From: Podarcis melisellensis
Taxonomy: Eukaryota
NCBI GenBank assembly: GCA_964234715.1
Contig: OZ174288.1
Direction: 5' to 3' (one strand)
DNA length: 64,000 nucleotides
A model generated the notes under the pieces. The model saw only the letters and a list, made by a program, of their open reading frames with translations, ran no database searches and had not been told where the DNA came from. Below, one piece after another: positions 23,801 to 37,619 of this stretch. Position numbers and translations under genes: made by a program. The stretch's first letter is position 1; each line of letters begins with the position of its first letter.

Positions 23801-26800
23801 GGGAACGAGACAGCAAAATCTCACAGGTAGGACCTGCTAGTTTTTTTAAAAAATTATTTGTTTTTGAGGTATCCTTGGCTTGACTTCATTTCAGAATGTG
23901 TGGCTGTGTTTGGTGCCCAAACTGAGGGAATTATGAGAAGTGGCTTCTGGTGGTATCAGATGCCCTTTTTCCTTTCATGATTGAAATGTTTGTGCTTGTG
24001 GCAATGCCAAGGGGAGGAGGGCAGCAGAGAGATCTTGCTGCCGGCTGGGCAGGCTTCAGAGGCTGAGGCAAGGGGCTTTTTTGCACTCTGGAGCTCAGTG
24101 GTAACGGAGAAGGGACTCGTTTGGAAGACATGATGGTTGAAACCAGTGGCCATTCTTGGCCTGCTTCATCTTTCAGCTGTCTCTCTGTGTTTTTCACCAA
24201 AGGTGCCAGTCAAGCACGTTTACAGGGTGCTGCAGTGCCAGGAAGAGGAGTTGACTCAGATGGTCTCCACCATGTCTGATGGCTGGAAATTTGAGCAGGT
24301 AAGAGAACGGGAAGCAAACTGTTCAGTCTTTCAGGGCCCATACAAACAAACAAAAAAGCAGGCGAGAGGAGTGTGAGGGTTGGAATAATTGTGGGTGTTG
24401 TGGGCCTGGGTCCTGGAATGGTCAGGAAGTTCATACAAATAATAATATTATTAGCTTGTACTTTTACAGCAGTTTGCCTGAATGCTCAAAGTGCATCACA
24501 AATTAACTCTAGTTGTTTCTTAAAGTAACTCTGTAAAGAAGGACAATATCATTATTTCCCTACTGGGAATAAGCCTTGGATGTGCCACTGAGCTTGTGCC
24601 TTAGGAGATGCTTGATTTGCAGCTTATACTCTCAGCCTCTGAGTTGCACCTTCTTGGCATTTCCATGGGAAATCACACAGCAGGCACCAAGCACTTCATT
24701 CCTCCAGCACTGTGCCAGGTGGCCGTTTCAAGGCAAAGATCCATTTGCTCCACTTTTTATGTAGAGAGCTCTTGGAAACACAGTCCTCTGGGATTAACTC
24801 TGGTGGTGATATGAACACTGCTAGCTGTTTTTTGCGCGTGTGCTGCTCTGGTTGGAAAATTAGAAATTCTCGTAACTAGGCTCTAAACTGTGGCCATGTA
24901 GTGATGTTTGTCCACCAAGATGCCATGTCAGGGCCAGTGCTTCAGATCCTGCCATCAGTATTGCAGCACTGATCAGATCACTGGTATTTGCTTGTACAAG
25001 CAGAGCAGCTCTCTGTGGTGGAAGATTCTCAGTTAATGGAGATTTGGAGAGCAGAAGGAGGAATCAATCAAAATCTTTTTGGCTAAGAACTGTCCCTCAA
25101 CAGGCACTAGCTCTCCAAGAGCAAAGAAGAGTGTGGATTCCCCACAACTCTGTCTCTGGGCCTGTATTTTGTACATCCATTGTGGATGGCTCTAGGCCTG
25201 CAGTCTTCCTTCTGTGCAACATTCTAGGAGTTTCGCAGCTGTGTGTTTACACAGTCAGTGCTCTGTGTGGTCAGGACTGCTTACACTCCTGTGAAACACT
25301 GAAGCCTCCTATCTGCACAATGCCACACTCTCCTGCCTGAGCATGAATTATAGGAAGGGACAGGGGCCACTATTAATGTTAGATGCCCCTTGTGAGAACA
25401 GGAAGGAGAGAGCTCCACCTTTATTTAATAGCCCAGAATGTTGACTGTCAGAGCTTTAGTTGTAATCCCTTATTAAGTTCTGTCTGAAGCACAAGAAGAG
25501 CCACCCTCAGTTGTCTCTCTTTCCCACCTCCAGCTAGTCAGCATTGGATCTTCCTATAATTATGGGAATGAAGACCAGGCCGAATTCCTTTGTGTTGTTT
25601 CCAAGGAGCTGCACAACACCCCTTATGGCACAGCCAGTGAGCCCAGCGAAAAGGCAAAGGTGAGTCATCTTCAGGGTGGAGCAAGGCCCAGCTGCTGCCT
25701 TCCTCTGCCATCAAAGGTTGTTTGTCAGTTGCTACTAAGAAAGCAGCTTGCTTGGGTATCCTCTGCCCACCCTTTCTCAGGTGTCCAAGCACAAGACACA
25801 CATGAGCACACTGAGCAGTTGTGGAAAAAGGAAGCTCCAACATCACACCTCTTATGCAGGAGCAACAGTAAACCAGCCTTGGGTGTGATAGAGCACTGAG
25901 CCAGTTTAGGCTTCTGTCCATCTCATTGCTAGTTCTGTTAAACTCAGCTGTATGAAGACAACCTGCCCCATGCAAAAGTAATGGTTATGGATGTGTGGAT
26001 GTCTAATCCCCAAACACCCAACTCCCAAAGAACAGCTAAACCTTTTTCTGGAAAACGACAGGTGCTATTCTAGGTGTGCCTGCATGTGGGTGCAACCCAA
26101 AAAACACAGACACACCCACCAACATGGAAACCTTCATTTGTTGAACCAAAAAATAAAGGCATATAAATCTCATTTCAGTGTCAAGGCTAATTTATGTATG
26201 CCAACACAGGCATGCCTTGTTGGCCTGAATATAAGCCACACTTCCCCCCCCCCCCCAAATTCCGACCATGAAAAGTGTGGCTTATATTTGCGACCTGACT
26301 GTATGCAGCCAGGAGTGCGGGGCAAACAGTGGCAGGAATGCGGTGAAGTAGTGCCCGCCCTGCATGTAGTTCCCCATCTTCTCCCTCAAGACCAGGAATG
26401 GAGAGAACAAGGAAGGGGAAAGGCCGCCAGCAGTACAGCACAGCTCCCCCTTCCCAGTATGCAACCAGAAGCAGCGAGGATGGGAGCGGCTTATATTCAA
26501 GTATATTTTCTTTTCCCTCCTCCAATTTTAAAGGTGCAGCTTATATTTGGGCCAATATGGTATATAGACTGGCAGGTGCTTTTGATTCTAACACACCCAT
26601 AACTCTAAGCTGGAGAATTTAAGATGCCCTGTATTGGGAGAAGGAAAGGTAGGGTATCCCATGACTTCAGGGTTCTCTTTCTTTCTAGTTTCCAACTTGA
26701 GGTACCCAAAGTTTCATGGCCTTAAATCCAGCAAAAGCTTTCCTTGTGAGTGCAGGGTGAAAGAGGCAAAGTGGAGCTCTGAGGAATTCCCCCCACCCAC

Positions 26801-29800
26801 ACAATTCAAAGACTCGCTACTGAAATACACTTAGTGAAACTTGATCAATAATGTCAGTGATATTCTTACTTTCGAGAAAGTGGTGAGAGTCTGGTATGTG
26901 GCTAATATCTCCTGTCCTGAGGCCGACATGGAGCCCAATTCTGGCTGTCTTAGCTCCCCTGAGTTAAACAGTCCCTTGATCTACTCCTAACTTTTCCATA
27001 AATCATGGCGAGAAATTTCCCTCTGGCCTGAGAAAGCACTCTGCCGACAGGACTATAATTAGAGGCCCTGCCCTTGGTTGCCAGTGTTATTGTCTGGCTG
27101 CTCTGTTGCGGTTAAAATCAGGATGTCTGCGTTCATGTCATGTGGCATTCAGTAGAGACAAAAGGGTCAGAATTCCGGGGGATGGGGGAGAGAAAGGCAA
27201 AGGAGCATATGTCCCAAGATGCATCAGGCCTATGCCAGGCTACAGTCGACTGAGATGAACCAAGGTTCTGGTGTCATGCATAATTGTTAATTAACACAGT
27301 TGTGCCATGGGCATAAGTTAATGCCAGCCCTCTGCACATTTTTCATTGAGTTTTCAACATAAAATACAATGAAAGCCAAACTAATCAAAAGAAGATAAAT
27401 AGGCACACAAAAGAAGACAATAAAGAAGTAGAAAGAGATGAGGAGGAGGAGAAAAATAACAAGGTTCTCTATCATAATTATATCTTAACCTTTATTCCAC
27501 ATACAGACGGATGAACCCTCCCAGCTCTTACCTGGGAGCTTGCCCCTCTTCCCCCAGCCTCCCTCCCTGGGAGATGCTGGGCCCTTCATCTTCCATCCAT
27601 CTGCACCATTTTAAATGAAGCTGCTGCTGCTGTTGTTCAAGAAGCTGGCAAACAGTGTGCCAGGCAGCTTGGAAGCAAATGTGCGATTTCTGTCTCACTG
27701 TCCTATTTCACTCTCTACCTTATGCTTTCCCTTGGCCTTTGGCTTTGTAAACAGACAGCCAGATAGTAGAGTGATTGTTTCTGAAGGTGCAAATGATGTG
27801 CCGGATGCTAAAGTGATGTTCAGAAAGATCTAAGCTTCAAGATCCTTGCATGAACTCCTGAATTAATGAAGAGGGCACAGATAGGAGGCAAGGTTTTTTG
27901 TGTTCATCTGGCACTCTTGCATTGTGTGGCATTTGCATGCTAGAGAGAAGTGGCCATGCTGGGATCTGTGCCTGTTGAGAAGGAGGAAGATGATGTTGGA
28001 GTTGGGTGAATTAGTAAAGGTGCAGGGCAGAGCCCGCAGACACAAGGAAGCCCAGCTTCTTGCATCTTCACTAATGGTCGGTCATAGTTCAACAAGACCT
28101 CTGGCACACGAGGTGGAATCCAGGTGTCCTTGCAGGCATGAGTGCTCTCCAGCTCACACCCTGCAGAGCAGCTGCTAACCAGCTAAGAAACTGTTTGGAT
28201 GTTTATCAGGAAAGGTTGTATGGGGGTGGGGTGATGGTGGCTGGGACCCAGGGCAAAGGGACAGGCATCTCTCTCTATTGAGTTCTTTTGAAGAGAAAGG
28301 TGCCTCTTATGCACATCCTTAAGCGTTTGCTTTTAAATATATCAACAAAAAAACAACTCGGGCTCCCATGCCCAATTAAATCTTAATTAACCAAAAAAAG
28401 TTGGTTGGGGGAAGTTAGACAAAAGGAAGAGGGAATATGGAATTACAGCATCTGAGCCAGACACCCTGAAAGTTACTAAAGTGCTTTCACATGAAAGCGC
28501 ATAAATTAGAAATACTGTTTTTGGTCTGTGGACGAAAGTTCAATTTCCAGTGTTTCCAGGCTAGTAATGTTTAGCCACCAAAAGGTGGGATTTGACCATA
28601 AACTATTTGCTTCTTCTGGATGTGAAACCTATGGGATGGTAACCAGTGACTTACTCTAGTGCAAGGTGAGGCACTCTGTTTTCAACACACCCACCTATTG
28701 CAGCCCTGTGCGCCATGTCCCTTGCTGTGCCAGAGGGTCCTTGACACTGGATATGGGTGTTTTGCTGCTGCTTGGCAGCTTGACAGCTGTTTTCAGTGGT
28801 GGTTCGCCCTCTTCACACTGTGATGGCTTTTTCCTTGCGTTGTAGCTGCTCTTCCAGCGATTGATTGATTGACTGGCTGCACTGTTGTATTGCTTCTGTG
28901 ATCAACTCACAGAAGACTCTTCTGGGTTACCCTTCACAATTCAGGGGCTGGCTTGGACAGAAGTCTCATGCTAAGACAAACCCAGGCCAGACTTTTCCGG
29001 ATCTCTTTCCTGGATCTCCTTTTGTAGGGCAGCTGTTGAAGTGAACGGGCCAGTTGTCCAAAGATCACCAAGCAGAAGCCTTGAATCCTCTCTCAGGCAG
29101 CCTGGGGACGTTTGTACTTTACTCACCTTGCACTCTTTTCTTTTCCTTTCCTTCCTGCTCTTTGCACTTGCTTCATGAAACTCAGAGTGAAGACGAAGAG
29201 ACGGATTACGATATGAATGACTCAGATTAAGTGTGAATGCCATGGTGAGCACTAGGACTTCACCCACCTGCCTGTCCTCCCTCTGGCCTCTCCCACTGGT
29301 GCATCTTGTTTTGTGTTTGTAGTTGCTGCCTTGACCCCGTTGCCGGGTAGCCGTAGGCCCCTAGACTGCCTAGTGGTCCACTTGTGTGTTGGCTCCTTTA
29401 CTTCCTGCTGCTGTTGGTCCTCTTCAGAGGAAATGTGTTTTTGTGGCTCTTCTCACATGGAGGAAAGCAAGACTCCACCAGGGAACCCATCTGCTTTTCA
29501 CTTTAGAAAACCAGGGGAAGATAGGGGCCAAAAGGTCTGAGTTGCAGTCGTCTTCCTACGATGGTCACAGACATTGGGTTGCTTGCTCTTTTCTTTTTTT
29601 TAACTAGTACGCCTTCAGGAATTCCGAATTGCATGCCATGAAACATTGTCTTCAATCAGATGTCTACAATTGCTTTCTCTGAGTTTGGGTGCAGACTTCA
29701 CATCTGCTATGAGAGCAGGGGAAACAAATTGGAAAGAACTCTGTGTTTGTGGAGAAAGTGGATAGAGTTTCTTTCTCCCTCCTAATACTAGAATTCAGAG

Positions 29801-32492
29801 GGGTCATCAAGGAAGCTGCATGCTGGAAGATTCAGGATAGAGAAAAGGAAGTGCTTCCTAACACAGTGCACACTCCTGCAAGATGATGGCTTTGAAAGAG
29901 GATTAGACAGATTTATGGAGGAGGGGGAGGAGGAGACTGTAGATAGCTATGCGGCCCATAGCCAGTACTGGAGGCAGTTGTTGCACTGCAGGGTGCACCT
30001 GTTGCACCGATATTCTGCTTGTGAGCTTCACAGTGGTTGACCACTGTAATAACAGGATAGTGGACTAGATCCAGTAGGTTCATTCCAAGAGGAGTCTCCT
30101 GCTCAAAAATAATCTTGGTTCTTTGCTTTCTGGGGGGAACAGCCTCAAGACCGGCCTAACGATTCAAAAGGAGCAGAAGGATTGTCACCACGGCTGCCAG
30201 AGCTGTAGTAGAAAGTTGGTCTGGTCCTTTTGCTGAGTGAGCAGACTACAAGTGTGCACACCTTCCCTGTTTTTACCATGATGAAAGGAGAAAGAGGTGG
30301 GGAGAAGGGTGCCAGGAGTCTGAGTCAGGAGGTGTGAACTTTTCCAATGGCGGCTCTACCAGAAAGCAGCACTGGGATGGGCTGGAAATTCCTGTGCTTC
30401 ACACACCCGTAGTGTGCCCCTCCTCCAAGTATATAAAGCCCTGCATTACTGTGTGAGGGACTGGCCTTGAGCTACCTAGTGGATTCCACAATCAAGGTCC
30501 TGAGTTGTTTTTAATGGAGCTGATGTGTTGTTGACTCTTATTTCCCCAGCGACAATCTAGTAAAAGCAAGGCATGTTGTGTTTTTCCCTGCTTGCCCTGA
30601 GTGGGGATTTGTCCCTGTTCAAGGCCAACACTATCCATTTTCATCAGTGCTGATGCAAAGAGGAGAAACAGGTGAGGATTTTGCAGAGAAGGTCCCTGGG
30701 AATTCTTTGGAGGAGAAAAGGCCTAGTGGAAACTGCAGGTGTTGCTGGCCAAATGATGCAGTGCTGAAACATCAACATACATTGTGTTGGCTACGAGGGG
30801 TATTTTGCCCTGAGATGTTCTGGGTTCCCAACATGCCAGTGCTATTAAGCAGATAAGGGTCTTTAAAAATAATAATGATTCATGTTATTATTTGAACTAT
30901 CTTATCCTTGCTTGGTGAAGCCAAGGAGTGAGGCTCCTTGATTCTCTGGCAGAGCCACTGCACTGAGTTCTCCTTAGTCCTCGTCCTCCTCAAGCAACAC
31001 AAATAGTGGCCTGGAATGTGGCTCTTTGAGTGCCCTTCCCAGGTCCTTCAGTTGAGGGCTGAAAAGTACCTCTGATCTGTACTGCACATCCCCAGGCGAG
31101 GAGGAAGGCAGCAGCTTGTGGGCAGCCGAGGCCACCTGTGAAGTGTCAAGAGTGCACAGCCTGCCACAGCAACACCTTTATTTCCTGTTCTTGGCCAAGG
31201 TGTCTCCAAAGTGACTTGGAGTTTTATGGTGGTTTCTTCTAGTAGTTGATGTCATCACCACCTGGTTCCAGGCAGGGAGGAGGCAGCCAAAAGGATTCTC
31301 CAACCCTGATACAGGGCAAGATACTTAATTGCTAGAAAAATCTATGAAGCCAGGATATTTACATATCTTTCCTTCAGCATGTGAAGTTATACCATGGAAT
31401 TATTAAATCTCACTAACTGGATCCCAATTGTTGAAAATTTGATAGAGGGACCTTATGATTGTCTAAAAACGTGTTACACATTTCTGCCTCAAAGAAGAGA
31501 GTGAAGTGTACCCCCTCCCAATTAAAGTGCATACCGGTAATCCTTCAATATTGTTTATACACAAACTAAGACACTGATGACTGAACACACCGGAAAGTGG
31601 GGTATTTGTACATCTTTCTTTGGAAAAGGCAGACAGGCTGTACTGTATTAGAAACTTTAAATCTAGCACACTGGCTACTGAAGACATCCTCATTGCTTGA
31701 AAAACAATAAAATAAGCACTAAAGTAGGGTATCAAAACTGGAGCAAAGAACCCAGGCAGGCATGGTTCTGCAGCCTCAGGTTGTGATCTACAACTGTTGT
31801 TCACTTGAATTAACCTTTCGGAGGGGAGGGGGATTTCCAGTAGCTGCACCCCTACTTGCAGATTGCAAATGTCATACTAATAAATGCCATAGAGTCATAG
31901 AATTGTAGAGTTGGAAATGGATCTCCAAGGGTCACTTAGTCCAACTCCCTGTAATGCAGGAATCACAGCTGAAGAATCCCTGACAGATGGCCATCCAACC
32001 TCTGCTTGAAAACCTCCAAGGAAGAAGAGCCCACACCTTCCGAGGGAGTCCATTCTACTCTCAAACACTTCTTACCACTAACGCTTAGTGAGAACATAAT
32101 CAGTAAAACGAGCTGTTGGTTGCATATATGGCCCCTTTTTCAATCCACAACTGTTCTTTTCAAACTGGGAGCTGGACCACTCACATACACTGGCCTAGCT
32201 GTACAACCTAGCTAGTTTTGTAGGGAATGGGTGAGTCTGGCCTGTTGGCAGTTCCCTTAATTAACTTCCTATGTTTTGAGTAGCAGCTGACTGCCTAGTT
32301 CACCATCATGTTCCAAGGTGTCTTGCGTCAGAGAACAAAATCAGTTTGTTTGCCTGTTTTAAGGTTTTGCCTTCAAGAATGCCGGAGTCCTTCCACTGTG
32401 TGAGTCTTGCTGGAGAACCTTACCATGCAGAATCTCACCACTTTTTGTTTGTTTCCTTCCAGATCTTGCAGGAGCGAGGTTCAAGGATGTAA
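17211..32492 (+). CDS. KCTD5: BTB/POZ domain-containing protein KCTD5 (CUL3 adaptor), 261 aa canonical isoform
   Basis: Exons 17211-17543, 23158-23266, 23735-23826, 24203-24298, 25534-25659, 32463-32492 (786 nt). WVRLNVGG...[10 protein letters not shown]...[29 protein letters not shown]...[27 protein letters not shown]. It lies directly downstream of PDPK1, as in human. Confidence 0.97.
21570..22140 (-). mobile_element. Degenerate CR1 LINE 3' fragment
   Basis: Resembles reptile CR1 3' ends (gtggctagtagccattg...catgaatttgtccaatcctttttaaaag...tgtgtgaagaagtccttcctt); boundaries approximate. Confidence 0.6.
26215..26560. mobile_element. Mariner-type MITE, same TIR family as 1548-2146
   Basis: Ends tggcctgaatataagccacac / gtgcagcttatatttgggccaatatgg-TA match the TIRs of the 1548-2146 element. 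Confidence 0.75.
29186..29244 (+). CDS. KCTD5: Candidate alternative KCTD5 cassette exon encoding the acidic C-terminus [14 protein letters not shown]
   Basis: Long pyrimidine tract ~29120-29175, acceptor ctcag|AGT in phase 0 (matches the exon 5 end), TAA at 29228-29230, donor ATG|gtgagc at 29245. Confidence 0.6.
29745..30090 (+). mobile_element. Degenerate CR1 LINE 3' fragment
   Basis: gagaaagtggatagag...ggaagattcaggatagagaaaaggaagtgcttc...gatggctttgaaagaggattagacagatttatggagga resembles the CR1 ORF2 end and 3'UTR. Confidence 0.6.
30550..30570 (+). CDS. KCTD5: Candidate 21-nt KCTD5 microexon (RQSSKSK) with GC donor
   Basis: Acceptor ttgactcttatttccccag|, 7 open codons in phase 0, donor AAG|gcatgt (one mismatch to the GC-AG consensus AAG|gcaagt). 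Confidence 0.4.
31888..32060 (-). mobile_element. CR1 LINE extreme 3' end
   Basis: catagagtcatagaattgtagagttggaa...agtccaactccctgtaatgcaggaat...gacagatggccatccaacctctgcttgaaaacctcc; the tail is shared with the SINEs at 15904 and 43383. Confidence 0.75.
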
Positions 32493-35400
32493 CTCTGCCC
32501 CAGTATTGAATGCTGACAAGTTTTCCTTTGCATTGCCACACGAAGAGGCTTGGCACCAAGAGGATGTTGCTTGTTCAGACCATTTCTGTAGTTCTGGATT
32601 TTGAACCCTGAAGGTGGTGCTGGAGCTGGAGCTGGCTGCTTGCAGATGCCTGCCTTCAGCAGCAAGAGGGGTTGTGTTGGCTCTGGTGCCCGGTTGTGCT
32701 GATCTTAATCCCATGGAAAGAAGATTTGACTTCACTCTATGCTTTCCTTCCGAAGAGATATAGCGATGCTTTGCTGACTGTAGGGAAACAATTTGGGTTT
32801 TAATAATTGTAGGCAGTTCAAGGTCAACATACTTGGTGCTATGAATAAATTACAGCCCACATGTGGGCAGACATCCTTAAGCAGCTCCAGTTGACTGTGG
32901 CGGCTGCTGTACATTCCTTGGGGATCTATTGTAAGAATGCACTAGCCCAGACTAAGGGAGGGGTGCATCTTCTTCCCCCTCCCGACCCTGCTTGCTTCAG
33001 TACCCAGAGGGTATTCTCTTCTTGGGAAGAAGGTCTTATTTTGCCCACATCTCTAGGGACAGCCTTCCTCTCCAGGTAACTTGCTCCTGCAAAGGTTAAC
33101 CTCCAATTTTAGCTACGCTTTAGGATTGAAGCCCCAGTTAAACAAAAATAATATGGCAAATACCTTGCCTTGCACACATGTGTGCACACACGAAAAACAC
33201 ACACACACACACACCAAAGTTGCGTTCTTTGTTTTTAGAAATGCCTGCAAGTATTGCTACCCCCGTGGACTCACAGCACTGAAGATAGACATGGGGGTTG
33301 AGTCTTCATGGGTGCTCCATCATGAAGGCTGGGAATGAGAATCTCTGTGCTCAAAGGCACCAGAGTTTGTGCAGCTGAAGGCAGGAATTATTGTGATTCT
33401 TTAACAGATGTTTACAGTCATTTCTACATTCTCTTATCTATGCAGTTCCTTCTGATGTTTGGCAAGTACTGTCAATAACACTTGTGGTTTCATTGAGAGA
33501 GGCTTGTGGTAAATGTGAAGAAACACAACTGGAGCTTTTTAGTGTACTGTGTTTAAATGAAACCATTAGCATGTCTTTTGAAAATAGATTTAAAGGAGTA
33601 TATACAGATCTCTCTGCTTCATAGAGCACAGAGAGGAGCCCTTGCTTGTCTGAGGCTCTCTTAACATGCTACCTATATTTTAACTTTCATTAAGCAACTC
33701 ACAGAAGCTGTGTGTATACACACCCCTTCCTTTTCCATTCAGATGTGTGGAGTCCTCACAATCTTGAGCATCCCTTGTCTGCCTGCATTTTTGATCTGGT
33801 TTTTGGCAAACCTTTTCTGCCCAGTAGATCAGCAAGTGGGCCATTTGTCTTTTGCCATGGAGACTGGTCTGCACAGAAAGTTGCAAGGCCCTCCTCAACA
33901 TTGAGTAATCCGTTTGTCTTTTTTAAGATGTTAGCATTGAAATGAATTTACTAAAATGTAATTCTTCTGAAGGGTGAAATGTTTCTACTTTTATACTTTT
34001 TTAGGCATCTTGTGTTTGATTACTGTAAAGCGAACGCCAATGTGCTAAGAGATCACATTTCATGTACGTAGAAAGAAATGTTACTGCGAGTGTGTCTGCG
34101 TGTGCATGTGTGTGTGTGCACACACACATATATGCAGATGCAAAGATGGCTCTTGAATTGGCTGAACAGGCCTTGTTCTCCTTCAGGCCCCACCGTTACT
34201 GTGACGCATTCTGCCAGGGCAGTCTGAGTGGCTGGCTTGAAAGGCCTCCATCTCCAAACAGCCTTTCCTTAAAGGTGGTGCACATGCCTGTCCAGAAACT
34301 GCCTTTGAATGTTTTTGCTGTAAGTAGCAAAGGATTTGACTGACACAAATTTCAGGCTTGAGAGGGGGCAGCAGCAAAACATGGTGAGTGTAAGGAGGTG
34401 GAGCACAGAAGCAGCCACTCTGTCCATCAAGTGGCCAGTGAACGTGTTTGCTGCTTTGGGGTGGGATTTCCCACGTTGCTGCCACTGTCCCCTTATGTCC
34501 TTGGAGGAGGGGATTTTTGATGTTCCTCTTGTTCTCCCTCTGACCTTAAAGCCAGAAAGCATCAGGAGACACTTTGGAAGGGGCTGAAGCCAGTGTCTGT
34601 CAGGGTGATAATTTTGGCTGCAGGCAAGGTTTTCTCTCTGCATTGGTTTGGCTTCTTACTGAACACAGAAAAAGTTTTAGCATGTTGAACAGTATGAAAT
34701 TTAAGTTGCATCCTAGGATTTAACCTTGCAAGTGTGGAATCTTTTTGTATTCTTCATGATTGTGGAATGTGGTCTGTGGTATAAAGCTTAGCATGTTGAG
34801 AACCTCAGCTTCCATTGTTGGCTTAAGAAAAAATACAGGTTTCTTGCTCTCATGATGGGTAATGTAGGCAGTGAGAGGAGAGCTCAGAAAGCAAGTGGGT
34901 GCCAGACTAGGCTTTCCTATCCTTTGTGGCTCTGCTTCTGTCTCCCAGAACTGCCACCTCAGGCCTTTTATTCTCTCCTTTTCCCTTTGTTACTTGTCTG
35001 TAGGCTCCCGAAACTTGGAAGCCAGGTATCTTTTAAAAATTAGGGGAAGTATTTAAACTGGCACTGCAGAATATCACTTTCTTTGGTACAAATTTTAGAT
35101 TGTACCAAAAACCCTATACCATGAAGTGTAGAGGACAGCAGGTAAAGGGCTCCCAGGTGCCTTCTGCTTCTTTGCTCACGTTCTTTAAGGGGAGAGAACA
35201 GGTGCTCCATTCAGCCACTTGCCACTTTCCTCACTTCAGTGTGTTAGTGTCTCTGTGCATTCTGCAAATTACATCCCCCCCTTGGAGAATGACAGATTTC
35301 AGCAGCTTAAAAAGGCAAACTTTCCCATTCCCACTGAAATACTAAAGTGGACACAGACAACTTTTGTTGCACTGCTCAGCTGTAGTTTAGCCTCAGCTTT

Positions 35401-37619
35401 GCCTTCATTTTACTCAGTTTTTTAAAAGAAATGTCAATTATTTATTTAAAAGGGGGTGGGGGAGAGCAAATGTGAAGTTTCTCATGTAAACAAGGGGCTT
35501 GAAGCCCCCCCCAGGAGATCATTGATTCTCAAGGCGCAAAAGTCCCTGCAATGATGCCTGACAACAACAAAAATAGATGCTTCAGTTACATCTGTGCTCA
35601 TTTAGCCATGCAACTTTCTGTCTTGTCTGTCCCATCCCTTGCTGCCATAAGCTGTCATTTAGTCTGGAAAAAGCATACCCCATTTCAGACACTTGCAAGA
35701 AAGATAAGTTTAGAGGCACACATACAACTATGGCCTGACACCCGGATGCTGCCATTCCCTGACTCTCACATATTTTAGTAAAAGGTGGGTAGAATGAGTA
35801 GAGAAAATTGCTTTTGTCGCAAGAGGAGAGATCGACCCGAGGCCTGCTGTGTCCTTGTAGAGGGTGGAAGGGAGAACACTCCTTTCTCACTGTCAGAGCT
35901 ACCACGTAACAAAGTTGAGTGTTGCCAAACATTCACATGCTCTCCTACCCCAGGCGTGGCAGCTGTTGCCTCTGTTTCATTTCAAGGTTCTTTCTGATAG
36001 TATGCTGGTCTCTGGAGCAAATGATCTTTCGCACTGATATAGGACTAGGGCCAAACTATGCTCACACATAGGACATCCACACCATCAGGGATTCTGTGCA
36101 ATTGCTACTTGTATGTAGGGGTTCCCTTGCAGACAGCCAAAATCAGTCACCGTCAGAGGGTAGGACTGGTATGGCATTAGAAAGAGATGCATGGACTCCC
36201 TCTGGCTTAAAACCAGTAGTTCCCTGCATGTGAGTTAACACCTGAATTCAAGGAGAAATTGAGTTCCTTTGAAAGGCTGTCGTCCAAGTTTAGTCATTGT
36301 CTACTTCTTGGACCTTCCTTCAAATTCCATTTTTAGTGCTGTTGCTGAACTAAGATATTTTTCACAGCCCGGGCTACTTTACCTGCTTGCAAACAGAAAA
36401 TGGATTTGAAACAAGCCTTGAAGTGGTTCTTTGCTTATTCAGTGCTCCTTCACTATCTTGGCCATCTCTGAATCTTGCTTTAGAGCTGCCGTTTAAGATT
36501 TGGTAATGCATTTACTTAGGGAAACATGGGTGCCTCAAGCTTTGTGACAACTTGCTCCAAAAACGAGGGCTGAAAGGGCTACCTGGCTGTAATAGTCATG
36601 CAGTAGGAATGTCAAGGGCTGGCCTTTCCACAGAACTTGAATGCAAGTTAATGAAAGTTTGCTTGCATCTCGGTGGAGCCGTAATCAAGAAGATGCATTT
36701 GCTTGTGAACACTCCATCGTTTACAAAACTGAAATGTCATGTGTGGGAAAGTGTTTTCTGTCCTTCCATAGGGTAGAAAACAGGTCATTGCTTGGGGCCA
36801 AGTTTATCAAAGGCAGCGTTTTCACTGTGCTTACAAAGGACTAGATTTTCTGTGCACCTGGACAGGAAGCAAATCTGAATACTTGATGCATGCTTTACTT
36901 TTTAAAACATAACTACAAACCTAGAATTATTGCTGCTACTAGTCAGGGGGGCTGTGTAGTGCATCCATGAGCAGAGGCACTCCTGTGCCTTTGAATACAA
37001 CAGTATGAGGGCTTCCCAGGAAGGGCACTTGGTTGCCTTTTGGTCTGATCCAGGAGGGTTCTTCCTACATTAAAACTTCCCAGGTAGACCAACCAACAGG
37101 AGAGGTGAGATCATCACTCTGCCTTCCTCTGTGCTCTGGAAAGGTTGACCGTTTAAAACATTGATGAGGAGAGGCTGGTTTGAAATTAGGCTCTTCCTGT
37201 GCCTCCCCTCCAACCCACCAGTTTCCTTTCTGCCAGGGTGGGGGAAGCAATTACATCAATTTTTTTTATAAAAAAATGTGGTACAATCTTATCTTCCAGA
37301 CAGTGGATTAGCAATAGTTCTTTTTTGCACCAGTTCTTTATCTTTGAAGAGTACTTTTTGCAGCAGTTTGACACCTGGCATTGCACCCTTCCCCACCTCT
37401 GTACTTTTGGCCTGGCTGTGAGCAGAACAAAATGAAAGATTTCTTAGAGGAGTCCCTTTCGAGGCATCTCCAGTTCGTTTTCAGGTGGATGTGTCACTTC
37501 TGGAACAAATATATTACTGATATGTGTGGATGTTTTAAAGAAAAGTTTCGTTACACTCGCTCCTTGTAAAGTGCATGAAATAAACGTCTCCTTTCTAACA
37601 AAGCTGCCGTTGTGGGTCT

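Noticed and set aside
25991-26602. 203-aa ORF in KCTD5 intron 5
   Set aside because: It runs through a non-autonomous MITE and has no transposase or other recognisable motif.
28846-28872. Possible third KCTD5 alternative end (tgtag|LLFQRLID*)
   Set aside because: The acceptor is plausible but the peptide is short, overlaps a (gatt)n microsatellite and has no clear donor or poly(A) support; it cannot be distinguished from chance.
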